NCBI GenBank assembly: GCA_015233145.1
Contig: JADFYI010000003.1
Coordinates: 39,421-103,420, forward strand
Direction of reading: 5' to 3'
Origin: Candidatus Omnitrophota bacterium
GTDB lineage: Bacteria; Omnitrophota; Gorgyraeia; Zapsychrales; Fredricksoniimonadaceae
DNA length: 64,000 nucleotides
Shown: in pieces, positions 27,812-37,504 of the stretch
Position numbering within the stretch: position 1 is the stretch's first letter
How the letters are laid out: each line of letters begins with the position of its first letter
Program-made: the position numbers and the translations under genes
The notes under the pieces: model-generated
The model's input: the letters and a program-made list of their open reading frames with translations, nothing else
Told to the model about the DNA's origin: nothing
The model's database searches: none

Positions 27812-28974
27812 AGGTTTCTTTATATTATCCATGGGTTTATCTTAAAGGTGGCGCGGAGCGACTGATCAGCGAGCTTATCACCCGCAGCCGCCATGACTGG
27901 ACGATTTTTACCAATCATTTTGACCGGGAGAACACTTTTAAAGAGTTTTCTAAAGTGCCTGTCGTTGAGTTAAAACGTGTTTCTGTCAAAAGAGAAATCA
28001 GTGAGGTGTTGAAGGCAACGTTGTTGATAGCCGGGCAGAAAATTCCTGCGAAAGATTTTGATGCGCGTTGCGTGGTGATCGATAGTATCGGGTCGTTTAT
28101 TAACGTCAAAAACAAGGACCTTCCGGTCTTTTCAATATGCCTTACTCCGTTAAGGCTTGTTTATGACCCGCATTATTCCAAACATTATCATGCGCGAAAA
28201 AAAGGCAAGGAACATCCGGTGCTTACCGGTGGGAAATCTGTTTTTCGTTTTTTTGACAGGATGTGCTGGCAGCATTACGGGAAAGTTTTTTGTATCAGCG
28301 GGGAAGTGAAGAATCGTGTGAGTTCCGCTGGAATTATTGACCATCAAAAACTTCAAGTGGTCTATCCCGGAGTTAATCTTGATTTTTATAAGCCAGGGGA
28401 AGGAGCATCAGAACAATATTTTCTTTTACCAGGCCGGATCATGTGGACCAAAAATATTGAGCTTGGCATTGATGCTTTTCGGCTCTTTTGTGAGAAAAAC
28501 AAGGGTTTTGAACTGCGTATTGCCGGCATTGTGGATGCGAAAAGCCAGGAATATTATGATATGCTCCAGAAGAAAGCCGAAGGCCTGCCTGTTAAATTCC
28601 TGACTAAAGTCAGCGATCACGAGATGCTTAAGCTGTACCAGAATTCATTCGCAGTTTTGTTCACGCCTTTTAATGAGGATTGGGGATTTATTCCGCTTGA
28701 GGCCATGGCGTGCGGTAAGCCGTGTGTTGCGGTGAACCGCGGGGGCCCGAGAGAAAGTGTTCAAAACGGGGAGACAGGGTTGCTCGTTGACCCTGACCCG
28801 GCTGCTTTCTCGGGAGCTATGGATAAATTAGCGAATGATCCTGCGTTAGTAGCCAGAATAAAGACAGCAGGCCTTGAGCATGTCAAAAAATTTACCTGGG
28901 CAAAATTTGTTGAGACCATTGATTGTTATATTGATAATATAGAAAAAAAGAATCAGCAGTATCAAAAGGATTGA
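27808..28974 (+). CDS. glycosyltransferase family 4
   Basis: C-terminal FTPFNEDWGFIPLEAMACGKPCVAVNRGGPRESV (GT4 EX7E motif region). Confidence 0.7.
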   Translation: MKVSLYYPWVYLKGGAERLISELITRSRHDWTIFTNHFDRENTFKEFSKVPVVELKRVSVKREISEVLKATLLIAGQKIPAKDFDARCVVIDSIGSFINVKNKDLPVFSICLTPLRLVYDPHYSKHYHARKKGKEHPVLTGGKSVFRFFDRMCWQHYGKVFCISGEVKNRVSSAGIIDHQKLQVVYPGVNLDFYKPGEGASEQYFLLPGRIMWTKNIELGIDAFRLFCEKNKGFELRIAGIVDAKSQEYYDMLQKKAEGLPVKFLTKVSDHEMLKLYQNSFAVLFTPFNEDWGFIPLEAMACGKPCVAVNRGGPRESVQNGETGLLVDPDPAAFSGAMDKLANDPALVARIKTAGLEHVKKFTWAKFVETIDCYIDNIEKKNQQYQKD

Positions 28975-28975
28975 A

Positions 28976-29980
28976 ATGAAAAAAAGGAAGATTTTAGTTA
29001 CCGGCGGCGCTGGGTTTATCGGGCGTGAGTTTGTGAGGCAAGCGGTTAAAGAGGGCAAGAAGCTTGTTGTCGTTGATTCTTTAACTTATGCCGGAGATAT
29101 GGCGAGGTTAAAAGAATTTGAGGGGAAAATCGAGTTTTTTAAGGCAGATATTGGCCATGCGCCTAAGCTGATAGAGATTTTCAAGAAAACCCGTCCGGAT
29201 GCTGTGATTCATTTTGCCGCGGAAACCCATGTTGACCGCAGTATTTTAGGGTCAGGGCCGTTTATTAAAACTAATGTGGAAGGCACACAGGTTCTTTTGG
29301 ATGTGTCGAAGAATTTTGAGGTCTCCCGGTTTATTCATATTTCGACTGACGAGGTTTATGGAGACGTGCTCAAAGGCCGATCAATAGAAGATTCACCCAT
29401 TGTTGCAAGCTCTCCCTATTCAGCCTCGAAAGCAGCTGCGGATCTTTTGGTCCGTTCCTATGTTCGTACGTTTGGTTTCCCTGCGATTGTTGTCCGGCCA
29501 TCCAACAATTACGGCCCCTGGCAGTATCCTGAGAAATTTATCCCTGTGGTGATTCATAAAGCGCTCAACAATGAGCATGTGCCTATCTATGCTCAGGGGT
29601 TAAACGAGCGCGAGTGGCTTTTTGTAGGCGATTGCGCAAATGCTGTTTTAACGGTTTTGAAGAAAGGAAAACCGGGTGAGGCTTATAATGTGAGCAGCGG
29701 CGATTCAAAGAAGAACATCGATGTGGCCAAAAGAATTCTGGATATTCTTGGCAAGCCTCACAGCCTGCTGACGTTTGTCAAAGACCGCCCAGGGCATGAT
29801 TTGAGGTATGCTCTTCATTCCAGCAAAATTAAGAATCAACTTGGCTGGGAGGCAGAGACTTCTTTCAGCAAAGGCCTTGAAGAAACAGTTTTGTGGTATC
29901 AAAAGAATGCGTTGTGGTGTGCCAGGAAGGCGTTGGCATTAAAGCATCACTGGTCAAAGGTATATATTAAGAAATCCTAG
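28976..29980 (+). CDS. rfbB: dTDP-glucose 4,6-dehydratase
   Basis: [18 protein letters not shown]... ; [12 protein letters not shown] ; [15 protein letters not shown] (catalytic YxxxK). Canonical RmlB. Confidence 0.9.
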   Translation: MKKRKILVTGGAGFIGREFVRQAVKEGKKLVVVDSLTYAGDMARLKEFEGKIEFFKADIGHAPKLIEIFKKTRPDAVIHFAAETHVDRSILGSGPFIKTNVEGTQVLLDVSKNFEVSRFIHISTDEVYGDVLKGRSIEDSPIVASSPYSASKAAADLLVRSYVRTFGFPAIVVRPSNNYGPWQYPEKFIPVVIHKALNNEHVPIYAQGLNEREWLFVGDCANAVLTVLKKGKPGEAYNVSSGDSKKNIDVAKRILDILGKPHSLLTFVKDRPGHDLRYALHSSKIKNQLGWEAETSFSKGLEETVLWYQKNALWCARKALALKHHWSKVYIKKS

Positions 29981-29996
29981 AGGCGAAAGGGGGGTT

Positions 29997-30863
29997 ATGA
30001 AAGGAATTATTCTTGCCGGCGGACGCGCGACACGGCTGTATCCCATTACCAAAGGAGTCTCCAAGCAACTCCTTCCGGTTTATGACAAGCCCATGATTTA
30101 TTATCCTTTGTCAGCCCTTCTTCTGGCCGGGATTCGGGACATTTTGATTATCTCGACACCAGAGGCCCTTCCTCAATTTAAAAATTTGTTTCATGACGGC
30201 TCACAGTTAGGCATCAAAATCAGTTACGCCGAACAAGCCGAGCCCAAAGGCATTGCCGAGGCGTTTATTATCGGCGAAAGTTTTATCGGGCGTGACCGCG
30301 TGGCCCTTGTTTTGGGCGATAATATTTTCTTCGGCCATGGTTTTTCCCAGGAATTGGAAGAGGCTGTGGGCCGCGAAGAAGGGGCAACGGTTTTCGGTTA
30401 TTATGTCAAAGACCCCGAACGGTATGGTGTTATTGAGTTTGATGACAAAAAAAATGTTGTTTCGATTGAAGAAAAGCCCAAAAAGCCCAAGTCTAATTAC
30501 GCGGTCACAGGGTTATATTTTTATGATAAGAATATTGTGAGAATCGCTAAAAGCATTAAGCCTTCCGCGCGCCAGGAACTTGAAATTACAGACGTCAACA
30601 AAGCCTACCTTGCAGAGAAAAAACTTTATGTGAGCCTTTTAGGCCGGGGGCATGCGTGGCTTGATACCGGAACTTATGACTCGTTACTGGATGCCTCAAT
30701 GTTTATTAAAACCATTGAAGACCGCCAGGGTTTGAAAATTGGCTGTATTGAAGAAATTGCTTTTCGTATGGGATATATTTCCAAAAAACAGCTTTTGTTG
30801 ATTGCGCAAGGTTTCAATACAAGTTATGGAGATTACCTTAAGTTTGTTGCCGAGGGGAATTAA
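29997..30863 (+). CDS. rfbA: glucose-1-phosphate thymidylyltransferase
   Basis: [39 protein letters not shown] is the canonical RmlA N-terminus. Confidence 0.9.
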   Translation: MKGIILAGGRATRLYPITKGVSKQLLPVYDKPMIYYPLSALLLAGIRDILIISTPEALPQFKNLFHDGSQLGIKISYAEQAEPKGIAEAFIIGESFIGRDRVALVLGDNIFFGHGFSQELEEAVGREEGATVFGYYVKDPERYGVIEFDDKKNVVSIEEKPKKPKSNYAVTGLYFYDKNIVRIAKSIKPSARQELEITDVNKAYLAEKKLYVSLLGRGHAWLDTGTYDSLLDASMFIKTIEDRQGLKIGCIEEIAFRMGYISKKQLLLIAQGFNTSYGDYLKFVAEGN

Positions 30864-30866
30864 CCC

Positions 30867-31430
30867 ATGCCGTTTAAGTTTGAGAAATTAGCTATTCCTG
30901 ATGTTATTCTTGTTCAGCCCAGGGTGTTCCCTGATGACAGGGGATTTTTTTTGGAGGTTTTTAAAAGCTCTGATTTTAAAGCCGTGGGCATTAAAGACCC
31001 CTTTGTTCAAGTGAACCATTCTCAATCAGGCAAGGGGGTTTTAAGAGGCCTTCATTACCAGATTGGCGCCTCGGCGCAAGGCAAGCTTGTCCGCTGCGTG
31101 CGAGGGGAAATATACGATGTTGCTGTTGATATCCGCCGAGGCTCTCCCTGGTTTGGGCAGTTGGTGAGCCAGACACTTTCCGAGGATAATAAAACCATGA
31201 TTTATGTGCCGGTCGGGTTTGCGCATGGCTTTTGTGTTGTTTCGGATACCGCGGAAATCGAGTATTCCTGCACGCGTGAATATGATTCACGCGCAGAACG
31301 CGGCATTATTTGGAACGATCCGGACCTGAATATTGCCTGGCCGCTTAAAAATCCCTTGGTTTCCCCCAAGGATAGCATTTTGCCTTTCTTGAAGAATGCG
31401 GATAATTCTTTCGTGTATCATTCTAAATAA
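30867..31430 (+). CDS. rfbC: dTDP-4-dehydrorhamnose 3,5-epimerase
   Basis: Cupin RmlC signature: ...FPDDRGFFLEVFK...RGLHYQ... Confidence 0.9.
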   Translation: MPFKFEKLAIPDVILVQPRVFPDDRGFFLEVFKSSDFKAVGIKDPFVQVNHSQSGKGVLRGLHYQIGASAQGKLVRCVRGEIYDVAVDIRRGSPWFGQLVSQTLSEDNKTMIYVPVGFAHGFCVVSDTAEIEYSCTREYDSRAERGIIWNDPDLNIAWPLKNPLVSPKDSILPFLKNADNSFVYHSK

Positions 31431-31431
31431 C

Positions 31432-32325
31432 ATGACAAGAAAGGATCGCATGGGGCAGTTATATTCCGGTCTTAGGGAAAAGAAATTCCTGATTCTTGGC
31501 GCAAAAGGTCAGTTGGCCAATGCGTTTGAGGATATTTTTCGTCAGGAAGGCATTCCTGCAATCTCTCCTTCAATAACAGAACTTGATATCACGCGTTTCA
31601 ATGATGTTAAGGCTTTTATTCAAAAGGTTTCACCGGACATCATTCTTAATTGCGCGGCGTATAATGATGTTGAGAGCGCTCAAACCAATCCTGAACTTGC
31701 CATGCTTGTCAACGCCCATGCGGTAAAGAATTTAGCTGATACATGCCGTTTTAAGGGCATTATTTTTGTGCATTACAGCAGTGATTATGTTTTTGACGGT
31801 AAAAAAGGATCTTCTTATACAGAGGATGACGTGCCTCAGCCTCTTAATTGTTATGGCATGAGCAAGCTTAAAGGTGAGGAAGGCCTTCGCGCTTCTGGAG
31901 CGGAGTATCTTATTTTCAGGTTGAGCTGGGTTTTTGGCCAGGGCACGCAAAACTTTCTTTATAAAGTTTATCAGTGGTCAAAAAAGACGGATCATTTAAA
32001 GATTACTTCTGATGAGATTTCAAGCCCGACATATGCCCAAGATGCCGCGCATATTACGCTTTTGAGCCTGGAGAGGGGCCTGCGCGGGACTTTTCATTTA
32101 ACAAATAGTGGCCAGGTGTCGCGTTATGAGTTTGTCCGTTACTTTATTGAAAAAAAAGGCCTTTCCGTGACAGTTGAGCCTGCGCTCATGGCGGATTTTA
32201 AGACCAAAGCCGAGCGGCCATCGTTTTCATGCCTTTCCAATGACAAGATTTCACGGGCCCTTGGCATTCAAATTCCGTCATGGCAGAATGCTGTTGACCG
32301 GTTTATAAAAGCCTCCTTTTTATAA
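31432..32325 (+). CDS. rfbD: dTDP-4-dehydrorhamnose reductase
   Basis: FLILGAKGQLANAF Rossmann motif; RmlD-like length; completes the rmlBACD set. The start was chosen at ATG 31432, just after the rmlC stop. The six-frame start at 31396 lies inside rmlC. Confidence 0.85.
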   Translation: MTRKDRMGQLYSGLREKKFLILGAKGQLANAFEDIFRQEGIPAISPSITELDITRFNDVKAFIQKVSPDIILNCAAYNDVESAQTNPELAMLVNAHAVKNLADTCRFKGIIFVHYSSDYVFDGKKGSSYTEDDVPQPLNCYGMSKLKGEEGLRASGAEYLIFRLSWVFGQGTQNFLYKVYQWSKKTDHLKITSDEISSPTYAQDAAHITLLSLERGLRGTFHLTNSGQVSRYEFVRYFIEKKGLSVTVEPALMADFKTKAERPSFSCLSNDKISRALGIQIPSWQNAVDRFIKASFL

Positions 32326-32397
32326 TTAAGCAAATTAGTCTAAATTTTTTCCTAAATAATAGTAGAATATTTCTATCTATCAGTAAGGGGAAAAACA

Positions 32398-32952
32398 ATG
32401 AAACTAAAATATTTTTTGTTAACTGTGATGATATTGGCCATTCTTGGCTGCGGGAAGGCAACGCCTCCTAAGAACATTGTTGCGCAAGTTAACGATTACC
32501 AGATTTCGCTTGAGGAATTTGAGTTGAATTTTCTTCAGTCGCCCTATGCTTCCCGCAACGACCTTTTTGAGGCCCGCAAAGATTACCTGGAGAGCCTGAT
32601 CAACCAAAAACTTATTATTCAGGACGCCCAAAAAAGGAATGTTGATAAACAAAAAGAGTTCCTTTCTTCTATTGAACATTTTTGGGAACAGTCTCTTTTA
32701 ACAATTTACCTGGGGATGAAAACAAAAGAAATTTCTGGATCAGTACATGTGCCCCAAGAGGCTATTCGCAAGTTATACGACCAGATGGTCAAGGATGGCT
32801 TGACCACAAAGACATATGAAGAGCTTTATCCCCAGATCAGCTGGCAGGCGGCTAAAGATATTGAGAGCCGCAAGCTCAATGACTGGACTGGGGAGCTGCG
32901 GAAAACCGCAGACGTGAAGATTAATGCAAACCTTTTAAAGGATGGGAAATAA
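32398..32952 (+). CDS. lipoprotein with a SurA-N-terminal-like (chaperone) domain; copy 1 of a duplicated pair
   Basis: Lipobox ILGCGKA. NDYQISLEEFELNFLQSPYA...YLESLINQKLIIQDAQKRNVDKQKEFL resembles the SurA/PpiD N-terminal domain. There is no PPIase domain. It is about 65% identical to the ORF at 35269. Confidence 0.5.
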   Translation: MKLKYFLLTVMILAILGCGKATPPKNIVAQVNDYQISLEEFELNFLQSPYASRNDLFEARKDYLESLINQKLIIQDAQKRNVDKQKEFLSSIEHFWEQSLLTIYLGMKTKEISGSVHVPQEAIRKLYDQMVKDGLTTKTYEELYPQISWQAAKDIESRKLNDWTGELRKTADVKINANLLKDGK

Positions 32953-32966
32953 AACAAGGAGGGCGC

Positions 32967-33563
32967 ATGAGCCAGCAAGAGTCAAATCCCGGTAATAAGA
33001 GGCGTAATTTTTATATTGATAAGGATTTTCAGACAAAGTTTATCGTAAAATTTACCTTTCTTCTTGTCGCAGGGGCAGGCCTGACGATCGCGCTTCTGTA
33101 TTGGCTGGCCAGGCATTCTTCGAGTGTGTCAGTAACAAAGTCGCGCGTGGTTGTCATGACAACGGCTGATCTTATTCTGCCGATGCTTATCCAGACGGTC
33201 GTGGTTGTTGCTATCGTTATTGGCATTGCAGCGATTGGCGTGACCCTTTTTGTTTCGCACAAGATTGCCGGGCCTCTTTTTCATTTCAAGCGGATTTTTA
33301 AGGAGATCGCAGGAGGAAATTTTACGAAACAGGTCAATCTTCGCAAAGACGACCAGTTTCACACAGTGGCCGTTGAGTTTAATGAGATCATGACCGTGGT
33401 TCGTACCAAAATGCAAACCACCCAGGAGCAGGTTGTTTCGTTAAAAGCCTTGCTGGATGCGATGGGTGCGCTTAACCTCGACGATCAAAAACGAAAACAG
33501 TTTAATGATTTTAAAGCCAAGCTGCAGGAACTTGAAACAACGGTTAATTTTTTTAAGGTATAA
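32967..33563 (+). CDS. two-TM membrane protein with a HAMP domain and short C-terminal coiled coil, with no output domain; copy 1
   Basis: Two TM helices (FTFLLVAGAGLTIALLYW ; LIQTVVVVAIVIGIAAIGVTLFV), then the HAMP-like segment SHKIAGPLFHFKRIFKEIAGGNFTKQVNLRKDDQFHTVAVEFNEIM and a coiled-coil tail. It is about 65% identical to the ORF at 35833. Confidence 0.55.
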   Translation: MSQQESNPGNKRRNFYIDKDFQTKFIVKFTFLLVAGAGLTIALLYWLARHSSSVSVTKSRVVVMTTADLILPMLIQTVVVVAIVIGIAAIGVTLFVSHKIAGPLFHFKRIFKEIAGGNFTKQVNLRKDDQFHTVAVEFNEIMTVVRTKMQTTQEQVVSLKALLDAMGALNLDDQKRKQFNDFKAKLQELETTVNFFKV

Positions 33564-34177
33564 TGCGCCTAAAGTTTATAAAAAACCTGGTTGCCTTTTT
33601 GTTGTTTACGGCAATGGTTTTGGCCATCTCCGTTTCTCCGGCGTTTGCCCGCGGCCCGGATGATGGGTTTTCAGCCGCAAAAAAAATTGAAACAAGGTAT
33701 TTTTCGGTCTCGCTTGCTTCGGGTGTTGATGAGCCGGCGCTTATTCAATCCCTTAATATAGGCCCGGAGTATAATATTTTTTCCTCCCTGAACGCCCGCT
33801 CGGGCAGCGGCGCTTCTTTTTCCATCAATAATTTAGGTGACCTTTTGGATGGGCTTTTTGAATGGGCGTGCGGCATAATGGATATGAATCTTTACAGTTA
33901 CCGAGGGTCGATCAAGATTGCGCGTGAGGAAAATGACCTTAAAGTTATTTATCAGCGGCTTTACGGGCAGGAGGGTTATTCTGAAAAAGGATTTTATATT
34001 GCTGAAGTTAATACGCTCTACATAGCCGCCCCGGATTTTACCAAAGAAATCCTGGGGCATGAAATGGGGCATGCGATTATCAGCAGTTTTTTTGTTGTCC
34101 AGCCGCCGGCAAAGGTTCAGGAAGTGCTGGCCGGGTATATTGAGTACCAATTGCGTAAGGTCAAGAAACCGCGGTAA
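33563..34177 (+). CDS. secreted HExxH-motif protein (putative zinc metallopeptidase-like)
   Basis: Signal peptide MRLKFIKNLVAFLLFTAMVLAISVSPAFA; a single HEMGH motif (ILGHEMGHAII) near the C-terminus. Its start overlaps the stop of the preceding gene. Confidence 0.45.
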   Translation: MRLKFIKNLVAFLLFTAMVLAISVSPAFARGPDDGFSAAKKIETRYFSVSLASGVDEPALIQSLNIGPEYNIFSSLNARSGSGASFSINNLGDLLDGLFEWACGIMDMNLYSYRGSIKIAREENDLKVIYQRLYGQEGYSEKGFYIAEVNTLYIAAPDFTKEILGHEMGHAIISSFFVVQPPAKVQEVLAGYIEYQLRKVKKPR

Positions 34178-34202
34178 TGTTTTCTTCAGGAGATCGTGAA
34201 GC

Positions 34203-35186
34203 ATGCCCAAGGATCAGGAATATGTGCTTGTGACCGGCGGCGCCGGATATATCGGCGGCCATATGGCGGGTCTGCTTGTGTCTGCGGGCCGGCGGGTGGT
34301 TGTGGCGGATAATCTGTCCACAGGTGTTATGGGCTGGATTCCTGAGGGCACGGCATTTATCAAGGCAGATCTTTGTTCTTTGGCCGATTGCCAGAAGATT
34401 TTTGAAACGTACCAGATTGACGCGGTTTTGCATTTTGCGGCCAAGATCGTGGTGCCTGAGTCGGTCAGCTGTCCGGCGGCGTATTATGCCAATAATGTCG
34501 GCGGAACGTTAAATCTTTTAAATGCCATGACCGCGCGCGGGGTGCGAAAGTTTGTTTTTTCTTCCACAGCCGCGGTTTATGGCGACCCGGCCGTTGTTCC
34601 CATATCTGAAGAGGCGCCTTTGGCCCCGCTTAATCCGTATGGCACATCCAAATGGCTGGTTGAGCAGGTTTTAAGCGATTGCGCGAATCTTGGGGTTTTA
34701 GATTACATTTCGCTCAGATATTTTAATGTCGCGGGTTGGGATACTCGTCGTTCCTGGCCGAGGAAAGGCCGGCCGAGCCCCACGCACCTTATTTCCAATG
34801 CCATGCAAGCCCTTCATAAGGGCCCGCCACTGGTGGTTTGCGGCGAAAATTATCCAACGCCTGACGGGACAGGTGTCCGTGATTTTATCCATGTTATGGA
34901 CCTCTGTGAGGCGCACCTCCTGGCACTTGATGCCCTTTCCAAGGGAACCAAGAATCAGGTGTTCAACCTTGGCAATTGCCATGGATTTTCCGTGATGGAT
35001 GTTATCCGCACGGCTTCACAGGTTGCCCAAAGGCCTGTGCCTTACGGCAAAGGCCCTCGCCGGCCAGGGGATGTGGCAACGCTTGTGGCCTCCTGTGAAA
35101 AGGCGCGTCGGATTCTTGGCTGGAAGCCAAAATTTGACCTTGAGGCGATCTTAAAAAGCGAGTGGCAGCGTTCGTTAACATGTTAG
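34203..35186 (+). CDS. galE: UDP-glucose 4-epimerase
   Basis: VLVTGGAGYIGGHMAGLL...; SDR epimerase; ...YGTSKWLVEQVL (YxxxK); typical GalE length. Confidence 0.85.
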   Translation: MPKDQEYVLVTGGAGYIGGHMAGLLVSAGRRVVVADNLSTGVMGWIPEGTAFIKADLCSLADCQKIFETYQIDAVLHFAAKIVVPESVSCPAAYYANNVGGTLNLLNAMTARGVRKFVFSSTAAVYGDPAVVPISEEAPLAPLNPYGTSKWLVEQVLSDCANLGVLDYISLRYFNVAGWDTRRSWPRKGRPSPTHLISNAMQALHKGPPLVVCGENYPTPDGTGVRDFIHVMDLCEAHLLALDALSKGTKNQVFNLGNCHGFSVMDVIRTASQVAQRPVPYGKGPRRPGDVATLVASCEKARRILGWKPKFDLEAILKSEWQRSLTC

Positions 35187-35268
35187 CGTTAAAAATAGAA
35201 CACGCATTTTAAAGGGAATAATAGTAAAATACTTTCATTCCTGTTCAATCAACAAGGAGAAGAGGGAT

Positions 35269-35823
35269 ATGGGGTTAAAATATTTCTTATCTGCTCTCAT
35301 ATGTCTGGCGCTCGCGGGCTGCGGACGGGCCGAGCCGCCGAAAGAAATTATAGCCCGGGTGAATGATTACCAGATATCCCTGGAACAGTTTGAAAATGGT
35401 TTTGCCCAGTCGCCGTATGCTGCCCGCGAAGACAAGGCCCTGGCCCGAAAAGATTATTTGAATAGTTTGATCAGCCAAAAGCTTATCCTGGAGGATGCCC
35501 AGAAAAAGAATATTGATAAACAAAAAGAATTTCTCGCTTCGGTCGAACATTTTTGGGAACAGTCTCTTTTAACAGTTTCCGTTGGGATGAAAACAAAGGA
35601 AATTGACGGATCAGTGCATGTGCCCCAAGAGGCGATTCGTAAATTGTACGACCAGATGATCAAGGATGGCGTAACCACAAAAACGTATGAAGAGATTTAT
35701 CCCCAGATCAGCTGGCAGGCAGCCAAACAGCTTGAAACTGAAAAGTTGAACGCATGGATCGAGAGTTTGCGAAAGGGCGCAAATATAAAAGTTAACACCG
35801 ACCTTTTAAAGGCAGGGAAATAA
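35269..35823 (+). CDS. lipoprotein with SurA-N-like domain; copy 2 (paralog of 32398..32952)
   Basis: Lipobox LAGCGRA; collinear with copy 1 along its full length (NDYQISLEQFENGFAQSPYA...EHFWEQSLLT...). Confidence 0.5.
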   Translation: MGLKYFLSALICLALAGCGRAEPPKEIIARVNDYQISLEQFENGFAQSPYAAREDKALARKDYLNSLISQKLILEDAQKKNIDKQKEFLASVEHFWEQSLLTVSVGMKTKEIDGSVHVPQEAIRKLYDQMIKDGVTTKTYEEIYPQISWQAAKQLETEKLNAWIESLRKGANIKVNTDLLKAGK

Positions 35824-35832
35824 GGGGGAAAC

Positions 35833-36429
35833 ATGACACAGCCGGCATCTTTGAGGAATTCCAAAAGACGGAATTTTTATATTGATAAGGATTTCCAAAG
35901 CAGGTTTATCGTAAAATTTTGCGCCCTTGTTGTAGGCGGGGCGGGCCTTACGATCAGCCTTCTTTACTGGTTTTCACGCCAGTCCACCAGTGTTTCCATT
36001 TTTAAGTCGCGTGTGGTTGTGATGACAACGGCTGATTTTATCCTGCCGTTGCTTGTCCAGACGGTTGTGGTTGTTTCCATTATTGTTGGGCTTGCCGCGA
36101 TTGTTGTGACTCTTTTTGTTTCGCATAAGATTGCCGGGCCTCTTTTCCGTTTCAAGCAGACTTTTAAGGAACTCTCAGAAGGGAATTTTTCAAGCCAGGT
36201 CAAGCTCCGCAAAGATGACCAGCTCCACGAAGTTGCCACGGAATTTAACCAGATGATTGTTACGGTTCGCACGAAAATGCACTCAGCCCGGGAAGATGTT
36301 CTTTTTATTAAGAACGCCATGGATGTGATTGGCGAATTTAATGTCGATGAGCACAAGCGCAAGCAATTTAACGACCTTAAAGCGAAGCTGCAGGAACTTG
36401 AAAAGACGATTGATTTCTTTAAGATTTAA
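35833..36429 (+). CDS. two-TM HAMP-domain membrane protein; copy 2 (paralog of 32967..33563)
   Basis: Same architecture and length (198 aa) as copy 1: SHKIAGPLFRFKQTFKELSEGNFSSQVKLRKDDQLHEVATEFNQMI. Confidence 0.55.
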   Translation: MTQPASLRNSKRRNFYIDKDFQSRFIVKFCALVVGGAGLTISLLYWFSRQSTSVSIFKSRVVVMTTADFILPLLVQTVVVVSIIVGLAAIVVTLFVSHKIAGPLFRFKQTFKELSEGNFSSQVKLRKDDQLHEVATEFNQMIVTVRTKMHSAREDVLFIKNAMDVIGEFNVDEHKRKQFNDLKAKLQELEKTIDFFKI

Positions 36430-36471
36430 TGCGCTTCCCCTCCGCATTTGGCAGCCACTAACAGGATAAAT

Positions 36472-36927
36472 ATGAGCGGTCCTATCGCAACAAACAAGAA
36501 GGCCTACCACAACTTCTTTCTGACGGATAAATGGGAGTGCGGCATTGAGTTAAAAGGCGCGGAAGTCAAGTCTGTCCGCGGGGGTGATGTTAATTTTTCA
36601 GATTCTTATGTCGGTGTGGACGGCAATGAGGTTTGGCTTTACAAGCTCCATATCGCGCCCTATGCCCAGGCGAGTTATATGAACCCGTCAGACCCGGACC
36701 GCCCGCGTAAGCTTTTATTGAATAAAAAAGAAATCAAGCGCATTACCGGCCTTTTGACCCAGGCCGGAGCCACGGTAATTCCGACAAAAATTTATATTAA
36801 TGCCCGCGGGCTGGTTAAAGTCGAGGTGGCCCTGGGCAAGGGCAAAAAGCTTTACGACAAGCGTGATGACATCAAGCGCCGTGATTCAAGCCGTGAAATG
36901 GCACGGGCGCTGCGTCGGACGCGTTAA
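36472..36927 (+). CDS. smpB: SsrA-binding protein SmpB
   Basis: IATNKKAYHNFFLTDKWECGIELKGAEVKS...KLHIAPY...RPRKLLLNKKEIKRI...KGKKLYDKRDDIKRRD is canonical SmpB. The start was set at ATG 36472; the six-frame start at 36448 is a TTG. tmRNA lies 0.7 kb downstream. Confidence 0.9.
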   Translation: MSGPIATNKKAYHNFFLTDKWECGIELKGAEVKSVRGGDVNFSDSYVGVDGNEVWLYKLHIAPYAQASYMNPSDPDRPRKLLLNKKEIKRITGLLTQAGATVIPTKIYINARGLVKVEVALGKGKKLYDKRDDIKRRDSSREMARALRRTR

Positions 36928-36970
36928 AAGTTTTTTATGAGAAAGATGAGAAAAGAGGTATAATTTATTT

Positions 36971-37504
36971 ATGTTTGTTTATGAAGATGTTTTTAAAGCA
37001 TTAAATAAAGCGAAGATTAAGTATGTCGTGGCTGGTGGGTTTGCCGTTATTTTACATGGGTATCCACGGTATACAGGAGATTTGGATCTTATTGTTTATT
37101 TGGAGCATGAAAATTTAGGCCTTTTTTTTGATGTGCTTAAAACTTTGGGATACGGCCCGAAAGTCCCGGTTAAAAAAGAAGATTTTCAGAATGCGGAATT
37201 AAGGAAGCGGTGGAAGAAAGAAAAAGGCATGCTTGTTTTTTCTTTTCAGGATCGCAATCCTCCGTTTCATTTGATTGATATGTTTCTAGAAGAACCCATA
37301 CCTTTTAAAGAAGTTTTCGCTAAATCAGTTAAGGCGAAGTATGGGAGTGTTAAAGTTCCTATTATCGGGATTGGGCATCTTTTGAAACTTAAAGATGCTG
37401 CCGGACGAGGCAAGGATCTTGAAGATATTGTTCAATTAAAAGCGATTCAAGAGAGACGTCATGAAGAAGAGCGAGAATCTAAGAAGAAAACGCGGACGGC
37501 GTGA
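36971..37504 (+). CDS. minimal nucleotidyltransferase-fold protein (Pol-beta-like NTase superfamily; AbiEii/MNT-like)
   Basis: VVAGGFAVILHGYPRYTGDLDLIV matches the hG[GS]...G...[ST]xDhDh signature of minimal nucleotidyltransferases. The 177 aa protein has a Lys/Glu-rich tail. It lies between smpB and ssrA. Confidence 0.5.
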   Translation: MFVYEDVFKALNKAKIKYVVAGGFAVILHGYPRYTGDLDLIVYLEHENLGLFFDVLKTLGYGPKVPVKKEDFQNAELRKRWKKEKGMLVFSFQDRNPPFHLIDMFLEEPIPFKEVFAKSVKAKYGSVKVPIIGIGHLLKLKDAAGRGKDLEDIVQLKAIQERRHEEERESKKKTRTA

